From the NCBI GenBank assembly GCA_900755005.1, contig CAAEEX010000097.1, forward strand, positions 14,149 to 78,148: a DNA stretch of 64,000 nt. The letters are read 5' to 3'. Numbering within the stretch: position 1 is the first letter of the stretch; each line of letters begins with the position of its first letter. Position numbers and translations under genes: made by a program. Shown piece by piece: positions 1-10,708 of this stretch. The stretch is from an uncultured Collinsella sp. (GTDB lineage Bacteria > Actinomycetota > Coriobacteriia > Coriobacteriales > Coriobacteriaceae). The notes below the pieces were generated by a model. It made no database searches. It was given only the letters and a program-made list of their open reading frames with translations, and was not told the DNA's origin.

Positions 1-463
1 CACCCACGACTTTGGAAGCGGTACCGAAGCCCAGGCACACGTCCACATCAACACCCTGCTCGGCAAGCATGCCGGCAAGACACAGCACAGGCGGAACGCC
101 GATGCCACCGGCGACGAGCAGTGCCTTCCTGGTGCCCTCGGGTACCATCCAGCCACGGCCACCGGGGCCCAACAGGTTAGAGGTGGAGCCAGGGACCATC
201 TGGGACAAACGGCGGGTATCGTCGCCCACGACGGCGTACCACAGCTCGACGGTGCCGGCCTCGGCGTCGGCGCGGTAGAAACTCAAGGGCACACGAAGCA
301 GAGAAGACGCATCGCCGGGGACGGCGATGTTCACAAACTGACCGGGCTTGAGCGCACTTGCAAGCTTGGGGGCCGAGATGACGAGCGAGAAGATGCCGTC
401 GGCGATCTCCCGGTTCGAGACGACCTCGAAGTCGTGCATGCGTGCAGTGGAAGGTGTGGGCAT
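1..463 (-). CDS. pyrK: dihydroorotate dehydrogenase electron-transfer subunit PyrK, N-terminal part (gene continues past window start)
   Basis: Manual minus-strand translation from ATG at 463-461: MPTPSTARMHDFEVVSNREIADGIFSLVISAPKLASALKPGQFVNIAVPGDASSLLRVPLSFYRADAEAGTVELWYAVVGDDTRRLSQMVPGS... This is a ferredoxin-reductase-like FAD/NAD fold typical of PyrK. It lies immediately downstream of pyrC in the same operon. It is not in the ORF track because it runs off the edge. Confidence 0.7.
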   Translation of the reverse strand, partial: MPTPSTARMHDFEVVSNREIADGIFSLVISAPKLASALKPGQFVNIAVPGDASSLLRVPLSFYRADAEAGTVELWYAVVGDDTRRLSQMVPGSTSNLLGPGGRGWMVPEGTRKALLVAGGIGVPPVLCLAGMLAEQGVDVDVCLGFGTASKVVG

Positions 464-1828
464 AGACGCTCCAATCCCCCATGCGGTTGCATGGTCTAAA
501 CGAACAGAAAGCGCGGCACCGCAAGGGCGCCGCGCACAAAAGCGATAAGGCTATGCTAGCAGATGCAACCGTCGGCGAGCGTCTGCTTGCCACCGACAAA
601 TACATCGGTGGCACGACCGGTGAGCGTGCGGCCGGCAAAACCGGAGTTCTCGGCGCGCGACTCGTAACCGTCCTCGCCAACCGTCCAGGTTGCGGAGGGG
701 TCGAACACGGTCAGGTCGGCGACAGAGCCCGCCTTGACCTGAACCTGATCGAGGCCCAGAATCTCACGCGGCTTGATGGCCATGAGCTCGACCATGCGGC
801 TCACGCTCATCTTGCCCGTGTTGACCAGCTCAGTGAGCACGAGCGACAGCGAAGTCTCGAGGCCAATCATTCCAAAGGGCGCGAGCTCGAACTCGCGGGC
901 CTTCTCCCACGGGGTGTGGGGAGCGTGGTCGGTAACGATAGCGTCGACGGTACCGTCGATGACACCCTGACGGATGGCCTCGGCATCCTCGTCGGTGCGC
1001 AGCGGCGGATTGACCTTGAGCGAGGTGTTGTAGGTCTCGTCCAGGTCGTTCTCGGTCAGGAACATGTGGTGCGGGGTGGCCTCGCAGGTCACCTGGACAC
1101 CGGCAGCCTTACCGGCACGCACGAGCTCCAGGCCATGAGCGGTGGAGATGTGCTGGATGTGCAGCTTGGCACCGGTCAGCTTGGCAATCTCGATGTCGCG
1201 GGCAATCTGAAGCTCCTCGCCGGCGGCCGGCCAACCCTCGAGGGCCAGACGGGTCGAGACCTTGCCCTCGTTGATCTGGCCGTGGCCGACCAGATCCTCG
1301 TCCTGGCAGTGGCTCATAAAGACCTTGCCGAACATCTTGCCGTAGTCCATGCAGCGACGGAGCATGCCCGCACCCTGCACGCCGCGACCGTCATCGGTGA
1401 AGGCGACGGCGCCGTGGGCGACCATATCGCCCATCTCGGACATAGCCTCGCCCTTAAGGCCGCGAGTCATAGCACCAGAAGGATAGACGCGGCAGTGGCC
1501 GACCTCGGCAGCGCGGGACTTGACGAACTCAACGACGGTTCCGTTATCGGTAACGGGGTCGGTGTTGGGCATGGCGCACACGCCGGTGAAGCCGCCCTTG
1601 GCAGCAGCGCGGGTGCCGCTCTCGATGTCCTCTTTGACCTCGTAGCCAGGCTCGCGAAGGTGAACGTGCATATCCACCAGGCCGGGGACGAGGTACTTGC
1701 CGGAAAGGTCGCGGACCTCGGCTCCCTCGACGGCGAGATTCTCGCCGACCTCGGCGATCTTATCGCCGTCAATCAGGACGTCAACGACACCGTCAAGCTC
1801 GACGGACGGGTCGACGACGTGGGCATTC

Positions 1829-3560
<1,732 letters not shown>

Positions 3561-3616
3561 AATCCGTAAACGGAGCCCAATGCTCCATAAACCTATATAT
3601 ATTTGTGGGACGAGCT

Positions 3617-3644
3617 TGAAAACGCACGCACGAGCTGGCATAAT
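3617..3644 (+). promoter_or_regulatory. sigma70-like promoter (TTGAAA-N16-CATAAT) about 170 nt upstream of rpmB
   Basis: TTGAAA at 3617-3622 and CATAAT at 3639-3644, read directly from the sequence. Confidence 0.4.
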
Positions 3645-3813
3645 CCCCTCTGCTGCACGCAAATCGGATCTACGTCCAGGGCCGTGGCGTGAGCACTATC
3701 GCCAAAAGAGGAATATCTCTGTGTAGATTACGCACAGGGAGCTGCTTCTGTGCTATAGTTCAGGCTTGTTTGTTAACGCGACATGTTCGTTTGTCGCCCA
3801 AGGAGGGTCAGTT

Positions 3814-4002
3814 ATGTCCAAAGTTTGCGAAGTTTGCGGTAAGCACCCCGTTGCCGGTCGCTCCATCAGCCACTCTCACCGCGTCACCAACCGTAAGTTC
3901 CGCCCCAACATCCAGCGCGTTTACGTCGTCGTCGATGGTCACCGTCGCAAGATGAACGTTTGCTCCACCTGCCTCAAGTCCGGCAAGGTTGCGCGCTCCT
4001 AA
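3814..4002 (+). CDS. rpmB: 50S ribosomal protein L28 (Cys4 zinc-ribbon C+ form)
   Basis: MSKVCEVCGKHPVAGRSISHSHRVTNRKFRPNIQRVYVVVDGHRRKMNVCSTCLK. SD AAGGAGGG 5 nt upstream. ORF-track entry 3766-4002 begins upstream; MSK is the conserved start. Confidence 0.9.
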   Translation: MSKVCEVCGKHPVAGRSISHSHRVTNRKFRPNIQRVYVVVDGHRRKMNVCSTCLKSGKVARS

Positions 4003-4073
4003 ATAAGGTCTTACCAACAAGTACCTCGGACTCTCCGGGTCAAAGACCTCGCGTTCATATAGAACTTACCAAA

Positions 4074-4103
4074 GGCGTCCTCCCCCACGGAGGGCGCCTT
4101 TTT
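4074..4103 (+). terminator. Rho-independent terminator of rpmB
   Basis: 10-bp stem GGCGUCCUCC / GGAGGGCGCC (one G-U pair), loop CCCAC, followed by UUUUU. Confidence 0.8.
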
Positions 4104-4104
4104 G

Positions 4105-4158
4105 CACTCATTGGGGACAGACTTACATGAGTGTTTTCACGCATTGGGGACAGACATG
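4105..4158. repeat. left-end inverted repeat pair (hairpin-forming; CACTCAT...ATGAGTG stem around GGGGACAGAC)
   Basis: 4105-4133 is self-complementary at its ends (CACTCAT / ATGAGTG). The core is repeated at 4142-4158. Confidence 0.7.
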
Positions 4159-4198
4159 ACGCACGCATGCGGCGTCCCGATCGGCTCCGGCCCCTATC

Positions 4199-4990
4199 TC
4201 ACGCTGCATCCTTCCAGCCTGCAGTAGCCTTGGTCACGCTTGTGGCGCCGATACCGGTGATACGGGCAATTTGCTTGACCGTGAGATGTGCCCGCCTGAG
4301 CCTCAGCAGGCAGGCATCGCGTTCGGGGCGTGGCAGGGCCTTGAGCAACGCAGGATCTATGCTCGTCAGGACTTCGCGTGCAACGAAAAGGGCCTCCTCA
4401 TCGGGGATCCGCCGGCGCGGAAGAACCTCCACTGACCAGATGCGCCCGGCAACTTTCTTGAGATGCTCGCAATAGCGACGGGAGCCTCCGACAACATCAA
4501 GCATAGGGGCCGCATCACAGATGTCAAAGGGATCATAGCCCAGCTGATACGCCTTATAGCTTGACCAACGGTACGCCTCGAGCGAGTCAAGCGCACCCTT
4601 CACGGGATTGAGATGAATATAGTCGAGCAGCTGCACTGCCTGCGTGTCCGACTCAACCGCGACCCGCGAATAGCGATTGTCAAACAGATGGCCCGTTCTT
4701 CCCGTTTTCCCATTGAAATACTTGGCATACGCCGTCAGCGCGCACTGCATTGCCTTTGAAAGGTTGTCATATGGGTCATCAACCATCAAATGGAAGTGGT
4801 TGTCCATAAGACACCAGGCCAACACCGCCACGTCATGGCACGCAAACCTGTCCGATATGTCCGATAGGAAACGATAGCGGTCGGAATCATCTTCAAAAAT
4901 GATCTGTTTGGAGTTACCGCGGTCAAAGACGTGGTGATAGCCGGTGAGCGAAATTTCGCGGGCGCATCGGGGCATGGTCTCTCCTTTCAA
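4199..4990 (-). CDS. Y1 HUH transposase (IS200/IS605 TnpA / REP-associated tyrosine transposase-like) with C-terminal helix-turn-helix
   Basis: 263 aa. HUH motif NHFHLMV and a candidate catalytic Tyr in LLDYIHLNPVKG. The C-terminal LTVKQIARITGIGATSVTKA resembles an HTH (DnaA-C / Fis-like). The likely start is the second Met (MPRCAREISLTGYHHV, 4975). Confidence 0.75.
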   Translation of the reverse strand: MKGETMPRCAREISLTGYHHVFDRGNSKQIIFEDDSDRYRFLSDISDRFACHDVAVLAWCLMDNHFHLMVDDPYDNLSKAMQCALTAYAKYFNGKTGRTGHLFDNRYSRVAVESDTQAVQLLDYIHLNPVKGALDSLEAYRWSSYKAYQLGYDPFDICDAAPMLDVVGGSRRYCEHLKKVAGRIWSVEVLPRRRIPDEEALFVAREVLTSIDPALLKALPRPERDACLLRLRRAHLTVKQIARITGIGATSVTKATAGWKDAA

Positions 4991-5103
4991 AGCCGTACAG
5001 GCAACACCTAAAAGGAGAGAAGGAACGCGAAATGCTGAGCCTGTGACCTATTTATATCCAATCAGCAACAAAAACAGGCCCAAAACGACAAAATCGCAAA
5101 TCG

Positions 5104-5154
5104 ATGTCTGTCCCAAATGAGTGAAACCACTCATGTAAGTCTGTCCCCAATGAG
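5104..5154. repeat. right-end inverted repeat pair (reverse complement of the left-end repeats)
   Basis: 5128-5154 CACTCATGTAAGTCTGTCCCCAATGAG is the reverse complement of 4107-4133. 5104-5123 is an inverted degenerate copy. Confidence 0.7.
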
Positions 5155-5185
5155 CGGGGCGATGCACTAGCAGATAGTTTTAGTT

Positions 5186-5213
5186 AAAACGCTTCATTTT
5201 ATTGAAGCGTTTT
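5186..5213. promoter_or_regulatory. perfect AT-rich palindrome AAAACGCTTCA-TTTTAT-TGAAGCGTTTT upstream of adhE
   Basis: 11-bp perfect inverted repeat with a 6-nt spacer, about 95 nt upstream of the adhE ATG and 30 nt from the right end of the mobile unit. Either an operator-like site or the terminal hairpin of the element. Confidence 0.4.
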
Positions 5214-5306
5214 AGTGTGCCTTTTACGGGAATCTTACCGTTTACCGAATTATTTCTTGCTATCATGCAAGACGTAGGGTAAATCTCCGATCGCAAGGAG
5301 ACACAA

Positions 5307-7955
5307 ATGGTGAAAAAGTCACCGGAAAACACTACTCCCGCAATTGTGGACAACGTAGAGGCGCTTGAGGCTAAGCTCGCTCAGATGCGAGAGGCCCAGG
5401 CGCTTTTTGCTACGTACACGCAGGAGCAGGTCGACAAGATCTTCTATGAGGCCGCCATGGCCGCCAACAAGGCTCGTATCCCGTTGGCGAAGATGGCCAT
5501 CGAGGAGACCGGCCGCGGCGTTCTTGAGGACAAGGTCATCAAGAACCACTACGCCGCAGAGTACATCTACAACGCTTACAAGAACACCAAGACCTGTGGT
5601 GTCCTGGAGCGCGACGAGGCTTATGGCATCACCAAGATCGCCGAGCCCATCGGTATCGTGGGCGCCGTCATCCCGACGACCAACCCCACCTCCACTGCGA
5701 TCTTCAAGACGCTGATCAGCCTGAAGACCCGCAACGCCATCATCATCTCCCCGCACCCGGCTGCCGCCAAGTGCACCATCGCCGCCGCCAAGCTCGTGCT
5801 TGACGCCGCCGTCAAGGCCGGCGCCCCCGAGGGTATCATCGGCTGGGTCGATGTCCCCTCCATCGAGCTGACCAACATGGTCATGCGCGACGTCGACATC
5901 ATCCTCGCCACCGGTGGCCCGGGCATGGTCAAGGCCGCCTACTCCTCGGGCAAGCCCGCCCTGGGCGTTGGCGCCGGTAACACCCCGGTCGTCATCGACG
6001 ACACCGCCGACGTGCTGCTCGCCGTCAACTCCATCATCCACTCCAAGACCTTCGACAACGGCATGATCTGCGCTTCCGAGCAGTCCGTGACCGTCATCGA
6101 CACCATCTATGACCAGGTTAAGGCCGAGTTCCAGAAGCGCGGCTGCTATTTCGTCAAGCAGGGTGCCGAGATGGAGGCCCTGCGTGCCGCCATGTTCAAG
6201 AACGGCGCCCTCGATCACCGCATTCCCGGCATGGCTGCCGCCAAGATCGCCGAGCTCGCCGGCATCGAGGTTCCCGCCAAGACCAAGATCCTGATCGCCG
6301 AGGTCACCTCCACCGACCCCGCCAAGGAAGAGTTCTCCCACGAGAAGCTCTCCCCGGTCCTGGCCATGTATCACGCCAAGGACTTCCAGGAGGCCGTCGA
6401 CAAGGCCGAGCACCTGGTGCTCGCCGGTGGCCCGGGCCACACCGCCTCTCTGTACGTGCACCCCGCCCAGGCCGAGAAGATCAGCCTGTTCGAGCACGTC
6501 ATGAAGGCCTGCCGTATCGTCATCAATACCCCGTCCTCGCACGGCGGCATCGGTGATCTGTACAACTTTGGCATGAAGCCGTCTCTGACCCTGGGCTGCG
6601 GCTCCTGGGGCGGCAACTCCGTCTCCGAGAACGTTGGGGTGAAGCACTTGATCAACGTTAAGACTGTGGCCGAGCGCCGTGAGAACATGCTGTGGTTCCG
6701 CGCTCCCGAGAAGGTCTACTTCAAGAAGGGTTCCACGCCCGTCGCCCTCGACGAGCTCGGTACCGTCATGGGCAAGAAGCGCGCCTTCATCGTCACCGAC
6801 CAGTTCCTCTTCAAGAATGGCAACACCCGCGCCATCGAGGCCAAGCTCGACGAGATGGGCATCGCCCACGACTGCTTCTACGACGTCGAGCCCGATCCGT
6901 CGCTGCAGTGCGCACGTCGCGGCGCCAAGCAGATGGCTCTCTTTGAGCCGGACGTCATCATCGCCGTCGGCGGTGGCTCCGCTATGGACGCCGGCAAGAT
7001 CATGTGGATGATGTACGAGCACCCCGAGTGCAAGTTTGAGGACATGGCCATGGACTTCATGGACATCCGCAAGCGTATCTTCACTTTCCCCGAGATGGGC
7101 AAGAAGGCCTACTTCGTCGCCGTCCCGACCTCTTCGGGTACCGGCTCCGAGTGCACGCCGTTCGCCATCATCACCGACAAGGAGACCGGCATCAAGTGGC
7201 CGCTCGCCGACTACGCGCTGCTCCCCAACATGGCTATCGTCGACGCCGACAACTGCATGACCGCCCCGCGCGGCCTGACCGCTGCCTCCGGCATCGACGT
7301 CATGACCCACGCCATCGAGTCCTACGTCTCCATCATGGCTTCCGACTACACCAAGGGCCTCTCCGAGCGCGCTGCCAAGCTCGTCTTCGAGAACCTGCCC
7401 TCCAGCTTCACGAACGGCGCCAAGGACCCGCACGCCCGCGAGGAGATGCACAACGCCTCCTGCATGGCCGGTATGGCCTTCGCCAACGCCTTCCTGGGCC
7501 TCAACCACTCCATGGCCCACAAGCTCGGCGCCTTCCATCACCTGCCCCACGGCCTCGCAAACGCTGTCATCCTGACCCGCGTCATGCGCTACAACGCCGC
7601 CGAGGCTCCCGTCAAGATGGGTACCTTCTCCCAGTATCCTTACCCCAACGCGCTGCACAACTACGCCGAGATGGCCAAGTACTGCGGCATCGAGGGCAAG
7701 GACGACAAGGAGGTCTTCGAGAACTTCATCACGAAGCTCGAGGAACTCAAGGACTTCATCGGCGTCAAGAAGACCATCGCCGACTACGGTGTTGACGAGC
7801 AGTACTTCCTCGATACCCTCGACGAGATGACCGAGCAGGCATTCAACGACCAGTGCACCGGCGCCAACCCGCGCTACCCGCTCATGAGCGAGATCAAGGA
7901 GCTCTACCTGGACGCCTACTACGGCCGCGAGCCTCAGGACTACGCCGTCTGCTAG
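5307..7955 (+). CDS. adhE: bifunctional acetaldehyde-CoA / alcohol dehydrogenase
   Basis: 882 aa. N-terminal aldehyde dehydrogenase (ALDH) domain plus a C-terminal Fe-ADH domain (GGGSAMDAGK, HxxxH). Full-length similarity to AdhE. Confidence 0.95.
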   Translation: MVKKSPENTTPAIVDNVEALEAKLAQMREAQALFATYTQEQVDKIFYEAAMAANKARIPLAKMAIEETGRGVLEDKVIKNHYAAEYIYNAYKNTKTCGVLERDEAYGITKIAEPIGIVGAVIPTTNPTSTAIFKTLISLKTRNAIIISPHPAAAKCTIAAAKLVLDAAVKAGAPEGIIGWVDVPSIELTNMVMRDVDIILATGGPGMVKAAYSSGKPALGVGAGNTPVVIDDTADVLLAVNSIIHSKTFDNGMICASEQSVTVIDTIYDQVKAEFQKRGCYFVKQGAEMEALRAAMFKNGALDHRIPGMAAAKIAELAGIEVPAKTKILIAEVTSTDPAKEEFSHEKLSPVLAMYHAKDFQEAVDKAEHLVLAGGPGHTASLYVHPAQAEKISLFEHVMKACRIVINTPSSHGGIGDLYNFGMKPSLTLGCGSWGGNSVSENVGVKHLINVKTVAERRENMLWFRAPEKVYFKKGSTPVALDELGTVMGKKRAFIVTDQFLFKNGNTRAIEAKLDEMGIAHDCFYDVEPDPSLQCARRGAKQMALFEPDVIIAVGGGSAMDAGKIMWMMYEHPECKFEDMAMDFMDIRKRIFTFPEMGKKAYFVAVPTSSGTGSECTPFAIITDKETGIKWPLADYALLPNMAIVDADNCMTAPRGLTAASGIDVMTHAIESYVSIMASDYTKGLSERAAKLVFENLPSSFTNGAKDPHAREEMHNASCMAGMAFANAFLGLNHSMAHKLGAFHHLPHGLANAVILTRVMRYNAAEAPVKMGTFSQYPYPNALHNYAEMAKYCGIEGKDDKEVFENFITKLEELKDFIGVKKTIADYGVDEQYFLDTLDEMTEQAFNDQCTGANPRYPLMSEIKELYLDAYYGREPQDYAVC

Positions 7956-8043
7956 TTTTAGCACGGTTTTTAACGGCGGGGGTGCACGGGTGTTTCACAC
8001 ACCCCCGCCGTCGCTTCTATCGCATCGTTGAAAGGATGCAACC

Positions 8044-8808
8044 ATGCTGCTACCCGATTCCAAGACCGAGCTCGTCCGCCGTGGCAACAAGGTCGTTTAC
8101 GACCTGGGCGACAAGATCGTCAAGGTCTTTAACGAGACCAAGCCTGTCTCCGACGTGTTCAACGAGGCTTTGAATCTTGCCCGCATCAATGAGTGCGGCA
8201 TCCGCAGCCCCAAGGCTCTCGAGGTTTCCCAGCTCGAGAACGCCAACGGCTGGGCGCTCGTGACCGAGAAGGTTCCGGGCACCACCCTTGCCGAGAAGAT
8301 GACTGCCGAGCCCCAGCGCTTTGGTGAGTACCTCGAGATGTTCGTCGACCTCCAGATCGAGATCCACGGCTACACCTCCCCGCTGCTCAACCGTCAGCGC
8401 GACAAGTTCGCCCGCATGATCGACAGCCTTGATCAGCTCAATGCCACCACGCGCTACAACCTTCAGGAGCGTCTGGACGGCATGACCAAGGAGTTTAAGG
8501 TCTGCCACGGCGACTTCAACCCCTCCAACGTCATCGTCGGCGACGACGGCCAGCTCTATGTGTGCGACTGGGCACACGCCACCCAGGGCTCCCCTGCTGC
8601 CGACGTTGCCACCACCTACCTGCTCTTCGCCCTCAACAGCAAGGACCAGGCTGAGGCCTACCTGGAGCTCTACTGCGACCGCGCCGACATGCCCATGCAG
8701 GTCGTGCGTCAGTGGACGAGCATCGTCGCCGCTTCCGAGCTCGCTCGTAAGCGCAACGTGAACGATGAGTTCCTGAAGAACTGGATCGACGTCGTCGATT
8801 ATCAGTAA
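8044..8808 (+). CDS. phosphotransferase enzyme family protein (aminoglycoside/choline-kinase-like kinase fold)
   Basis: 254 aa. Brenner motif HGDFNPSNVIV and a downstream VCDW (Mg-binding D). The substrate cannot be inferred. Confidence 0.7.
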   Translation: MLLPDSKTELVRRGNKVVYDLGDKIVKVFNETKPVSDVFNEALNLARINECGIRSPKALEVSQLENANGWALVTEKVPGTTLAEKMTAEPQRFGEYLEMFVDLQIEIHGYTSPLLNRQRDKFARMIDSLDQLNATTRYNLQERLDGMTKEFKVCHGDFNPSNVIVGDDGQLYVCDWAHATQGSPAADVATTYLLFALNSKDQAEAYLELYCDRADMPMQVVRQWTSIVAASELARKRNVNDEFLKNWIDVVDYQ

Positions 8809-8844
8809 TATCTGAGCGATTTATTTCGCATCGGAGGCACAAGG

Positions 8845-8884
8845 AAAACCCCGCAGCTCATATGGGCTGTGGGGTTTTCCTTTT
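8845..8884 (+). terminator. Rho-independent terminator after the kinase-like gene
   Basis: Stem CCCCGCAGC / GCUGUGGGG followed by UUUUCCUUUU. Confidence 0.7.
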
Positions 8885-8904
8885 AGATATTGAGAATGCT
8901 ACAA

Positions 8905-8956
8905 GATAAAAGGACGGCCCCGCATCTCCCCGATCTGGAGAAATGCGGGGCCGTCC
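8905..8956 (-). terminator. Rho-independent terminator of proS (convergent with previous)
   Basis: Perfect 14-bp stem GGACGGCCCCGCAT / ATGCGGGGCCGTCC with a 17-nt loop. On the minus strand it is followed by CUUUUAU. Confidence 0.7.
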
Positions 8957-8986
8957 CACATATCGAACTACAAGCGAAATCGTCGA

Positions 8987-10708
8987 TTAGCGGCGTGCTG
9001 CCTTCACAAGCTCGGCAACCTTAGCGACGATCTCGTCGATCGCCACGTCCTCGCGCTCGCCCGTGGCACGGTCCTTGAGCTCAACGGTGCCATTCTTAAG
9101 GCCGCGCTTGCCCAGAACCACCTGATACGGGAAGCCCATGAGGTCGTTATCGGCAAACTTAAAGCCGGGACGCTCATCGCGGTCGTCGACGACGACCTCG
9201 ATACCCTCGGCGCACAGGCCATCAACAATCTGCTCGCAGACGGTAGCGCACTCTTCCTTCTTGGGGTCAAGCGGAATCACCGCGACCTCGTACGGGGCAA
9301 CGGAGACCGGCCAGACGATACCGTGCTCGTCGTTGTGCTGCTCCACGACGGCAGCAAGCGAGCGCGACACGCCCACGCCGTAGCAACCCATGATAAGCGG
9401 CTTCTCCTTGCCGTCCTCGTCCATAAAGGTGGCACCCATGGCCTCGGAATACTTGGTGCCCAGCTGGAAGACCTGGGAAACCTCGATACCGCGGGTAGCA
9501 GAAAGCGGCTTGCCGCAATGCGGGCAGGGATCACCGGCAACGACGGTAACCAGGTCGGCCCACTCGTCGACGGTAAAGTCCCGCTCGGGGCAGGCACCGG
9601 TAAAGTGATAGTCGACCTCATTGGCGCCACAGGCCCACTGCTTGGACTCGCGCAGGCTCTCGTCACACACCAGACGGATACCCTCGGGCAGGTTGACCGG
9701 TCCGATAAAGCCCTTGTGCAGACCGTTCGCCTGAAGCTCCTCGTCGGTCATCATGCGATAGCCCTTGCCAAAGACATGCTCGGCCTTGCAGTCATTGAGC
9801 TCGTGGTCGCCCGGAACAATGGCCACGACGGGCTTGCCCTCGGCGTCGATGAGTGCCAGAGACTTGCGCGTGCCGTTCTCGGGGAAGCCGAAGAACTTGG
9901 CAACGGCCTCGATGGTGCCCATGCCCGGAGTCTCGACCTTGGTAAGCGCACCGTCGCCAGGACCCTCGGTCACAACGACCTTGGTGCTTGCGGCCTCGTC
10001 ATCGGCAGCAAAGCCGCAATCGTCGCAGTAGACGAGCGAAGCCTCGCCGGCGTCGGCCAAAGCCATGTACTCGACGGAGGTATCGCCACCGATCTCGCCG
10101 GAGTCGGCGACAACGGGCAGAGCCTTGATGTAGCAGCGCTCGCAAATGTTGGCATAGGCCTGCTTCATCTTGTCGTACTCCTCCTGCAGGCTCTCCTGCG
10201 TAGCAGAGAAGCTGTAGGCGTCCTTCATGATGAACTCGCGACCGCGCATCAGGCCAAAACGGGGACGGAACTCGTCGCGGAACTTATCCTGAATGTGATA
10301 GAGGTTCACTGGCAGCTGCTTGTAGGAACGCAACTCATTGCGCACCAGGGCAGTCACGGTCTCCTCGTGCGTGGGTCCGAGCACAAACTCGCGGCCGTGG
10401 CGGTCATCAAAGCGCACAAGCTCCTTGCCATAGGCGTCGATGCGGCCGGACTCACGCCACAACTCGGCATCGACCATGATGGGCATCATAAGCTCCTGGG
10501 CGCCGGCAGCGTCCATCTCGTCGCGCACGATATTCTCGATCTTGCGGATCGAGCGCCAAGCAAGCGGCAGGTAGGAATACAGACCGGCGGCCTCTTTGCG
10601 GATCATGCCGGCACGGAGCAGCAGGCGGTGGCTGGCGAGCTCAGCGTCCGCCGGATCCTCTTTAAGCGTCGGCGCATAGAGCTTAGACATATACATTGCT
10701 CGAGTCAT
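8987..10708 (-). CDS. proS: proline--tRNA ligase (bacterial type with editing domain)
   Basis: 573 aa. N-terminus LYAPTLKEDPADAELASHRLLLRAGMIRK matches the ProS signature. Class II aaRS motifs. The real start is probably MSK at 10690. Confidence 0.93.
   Translation of the reverse strand: MTRAMYMSKLYAPTLKEDPADAELASHRLLLRAGMIRKEAAGLYSYLPLAWRSIRKIENIVRDEMDAAGAQELMMPIMVDAELWRESGRIDAYGKELVRFDDRHGREFVLGPTHEETVTALVRNELRSYKQLPVNLYHIQDKFRDEFRPRFGLMRGREFIMKDAYSFSATQESLQEEYDKMKQAYANICERCYIKALPVVADSGEIGGDTSVEYMALADAGEASLVYCDDCGFAADDEAASTKVVVTEGPGDGALTKVETPGMGTIEAVAKFFGFPENGTRKSLALIDAEGKPVVAIVPGDHELNDCKAEHVFGKGYRMMTDEELQANGLHKGFIGPVNLPEGIRLVCDESLRESKQWACGANEVDYHFTGACPERDFTVDEWADLVTVVAGDPCPHCGKPLSATRGIEVSQVFQLGTKYSEAMGATFMDEDGKEKPLIMGCYGVGVSRSLAAVVEQHNDEHGIVWPVSVAPYEVAVIPLDPKKEECATVCEQIVDGLCAEGIEVVVDDRDERPGFKFADNDLMGFPYQVVLGKRGLKNGTVELKDRATGEREDVAIDEIVAKVAELVKAARR

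Larger units (their letters stand above)
4105..5154 (-). mobile_element. REP/RAYT-like or IS200-like unit: Y1 HUH transposase gene bracketed by palindromic inverted repeats
   Basis: The 27-nt sequence CTCATTGGGGACAGACTTACATGAGTG (4107-4133) reappears as an exact reverse complement at 5128-5154. A second degenerate copy of the core CATTGGGGACAGAC lies inside each end (4142-4158 and 5104-5123, inverted). The interior is about 55% GC against roughly 63% in the flanks. It is inserted between the rpmB terminator and the adhE regulatory region. Confidence 0.65.

Noticed and set aside
177-680. 167-aa minus-strand ORF (Arg/Pro-rich) overlapping the pyrC 3' end
   Set aside because: Wrong frame. The real gene here is pyrK in another minus-strand frame (1-463), whose translation gives a clean ferredoxin-reductase-like sequence.
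3689-3955. 88-aa plus-strand ORF overlapping the rpmB start
   Set aside because: Out of frame with the conserved L28 sequence, low-complexity product, and no SD. Most likely leader sequence read in a spurious frame.
5186-5213. Considered the adhE-upstream palindrome as a CcpA cre or Rex box
   Set aside because: TGAAGCG-based half-sites fit neither TGWAANCGNTNWCA nor TTGTGAA-N4-TTCACAA on inspection. It is kept as an unassigned palindrome.
5319-7964. 881-aa ORF antisense to adhE. Similar long antisense or shadow ORFs appear at 481-1878, 1697-2833, 9323-10837, 13009-14412, 14463-15284, 15257-16090, 17687-19189, 20383-21156, 24076-25560, 27201-28403, 29857-31668, 31732-33111, 38599-40473, 42136-43578, 44015-45037, 45263-45964 and 50979-52340.
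   Set aside because: Gly/Arg/Ala/His/Val-rich low-complexity translations typical of open alternative frames in high-GC DNA. Each lies opposite a gene with an unambiguous conserved product. None shows a recognisable motif.
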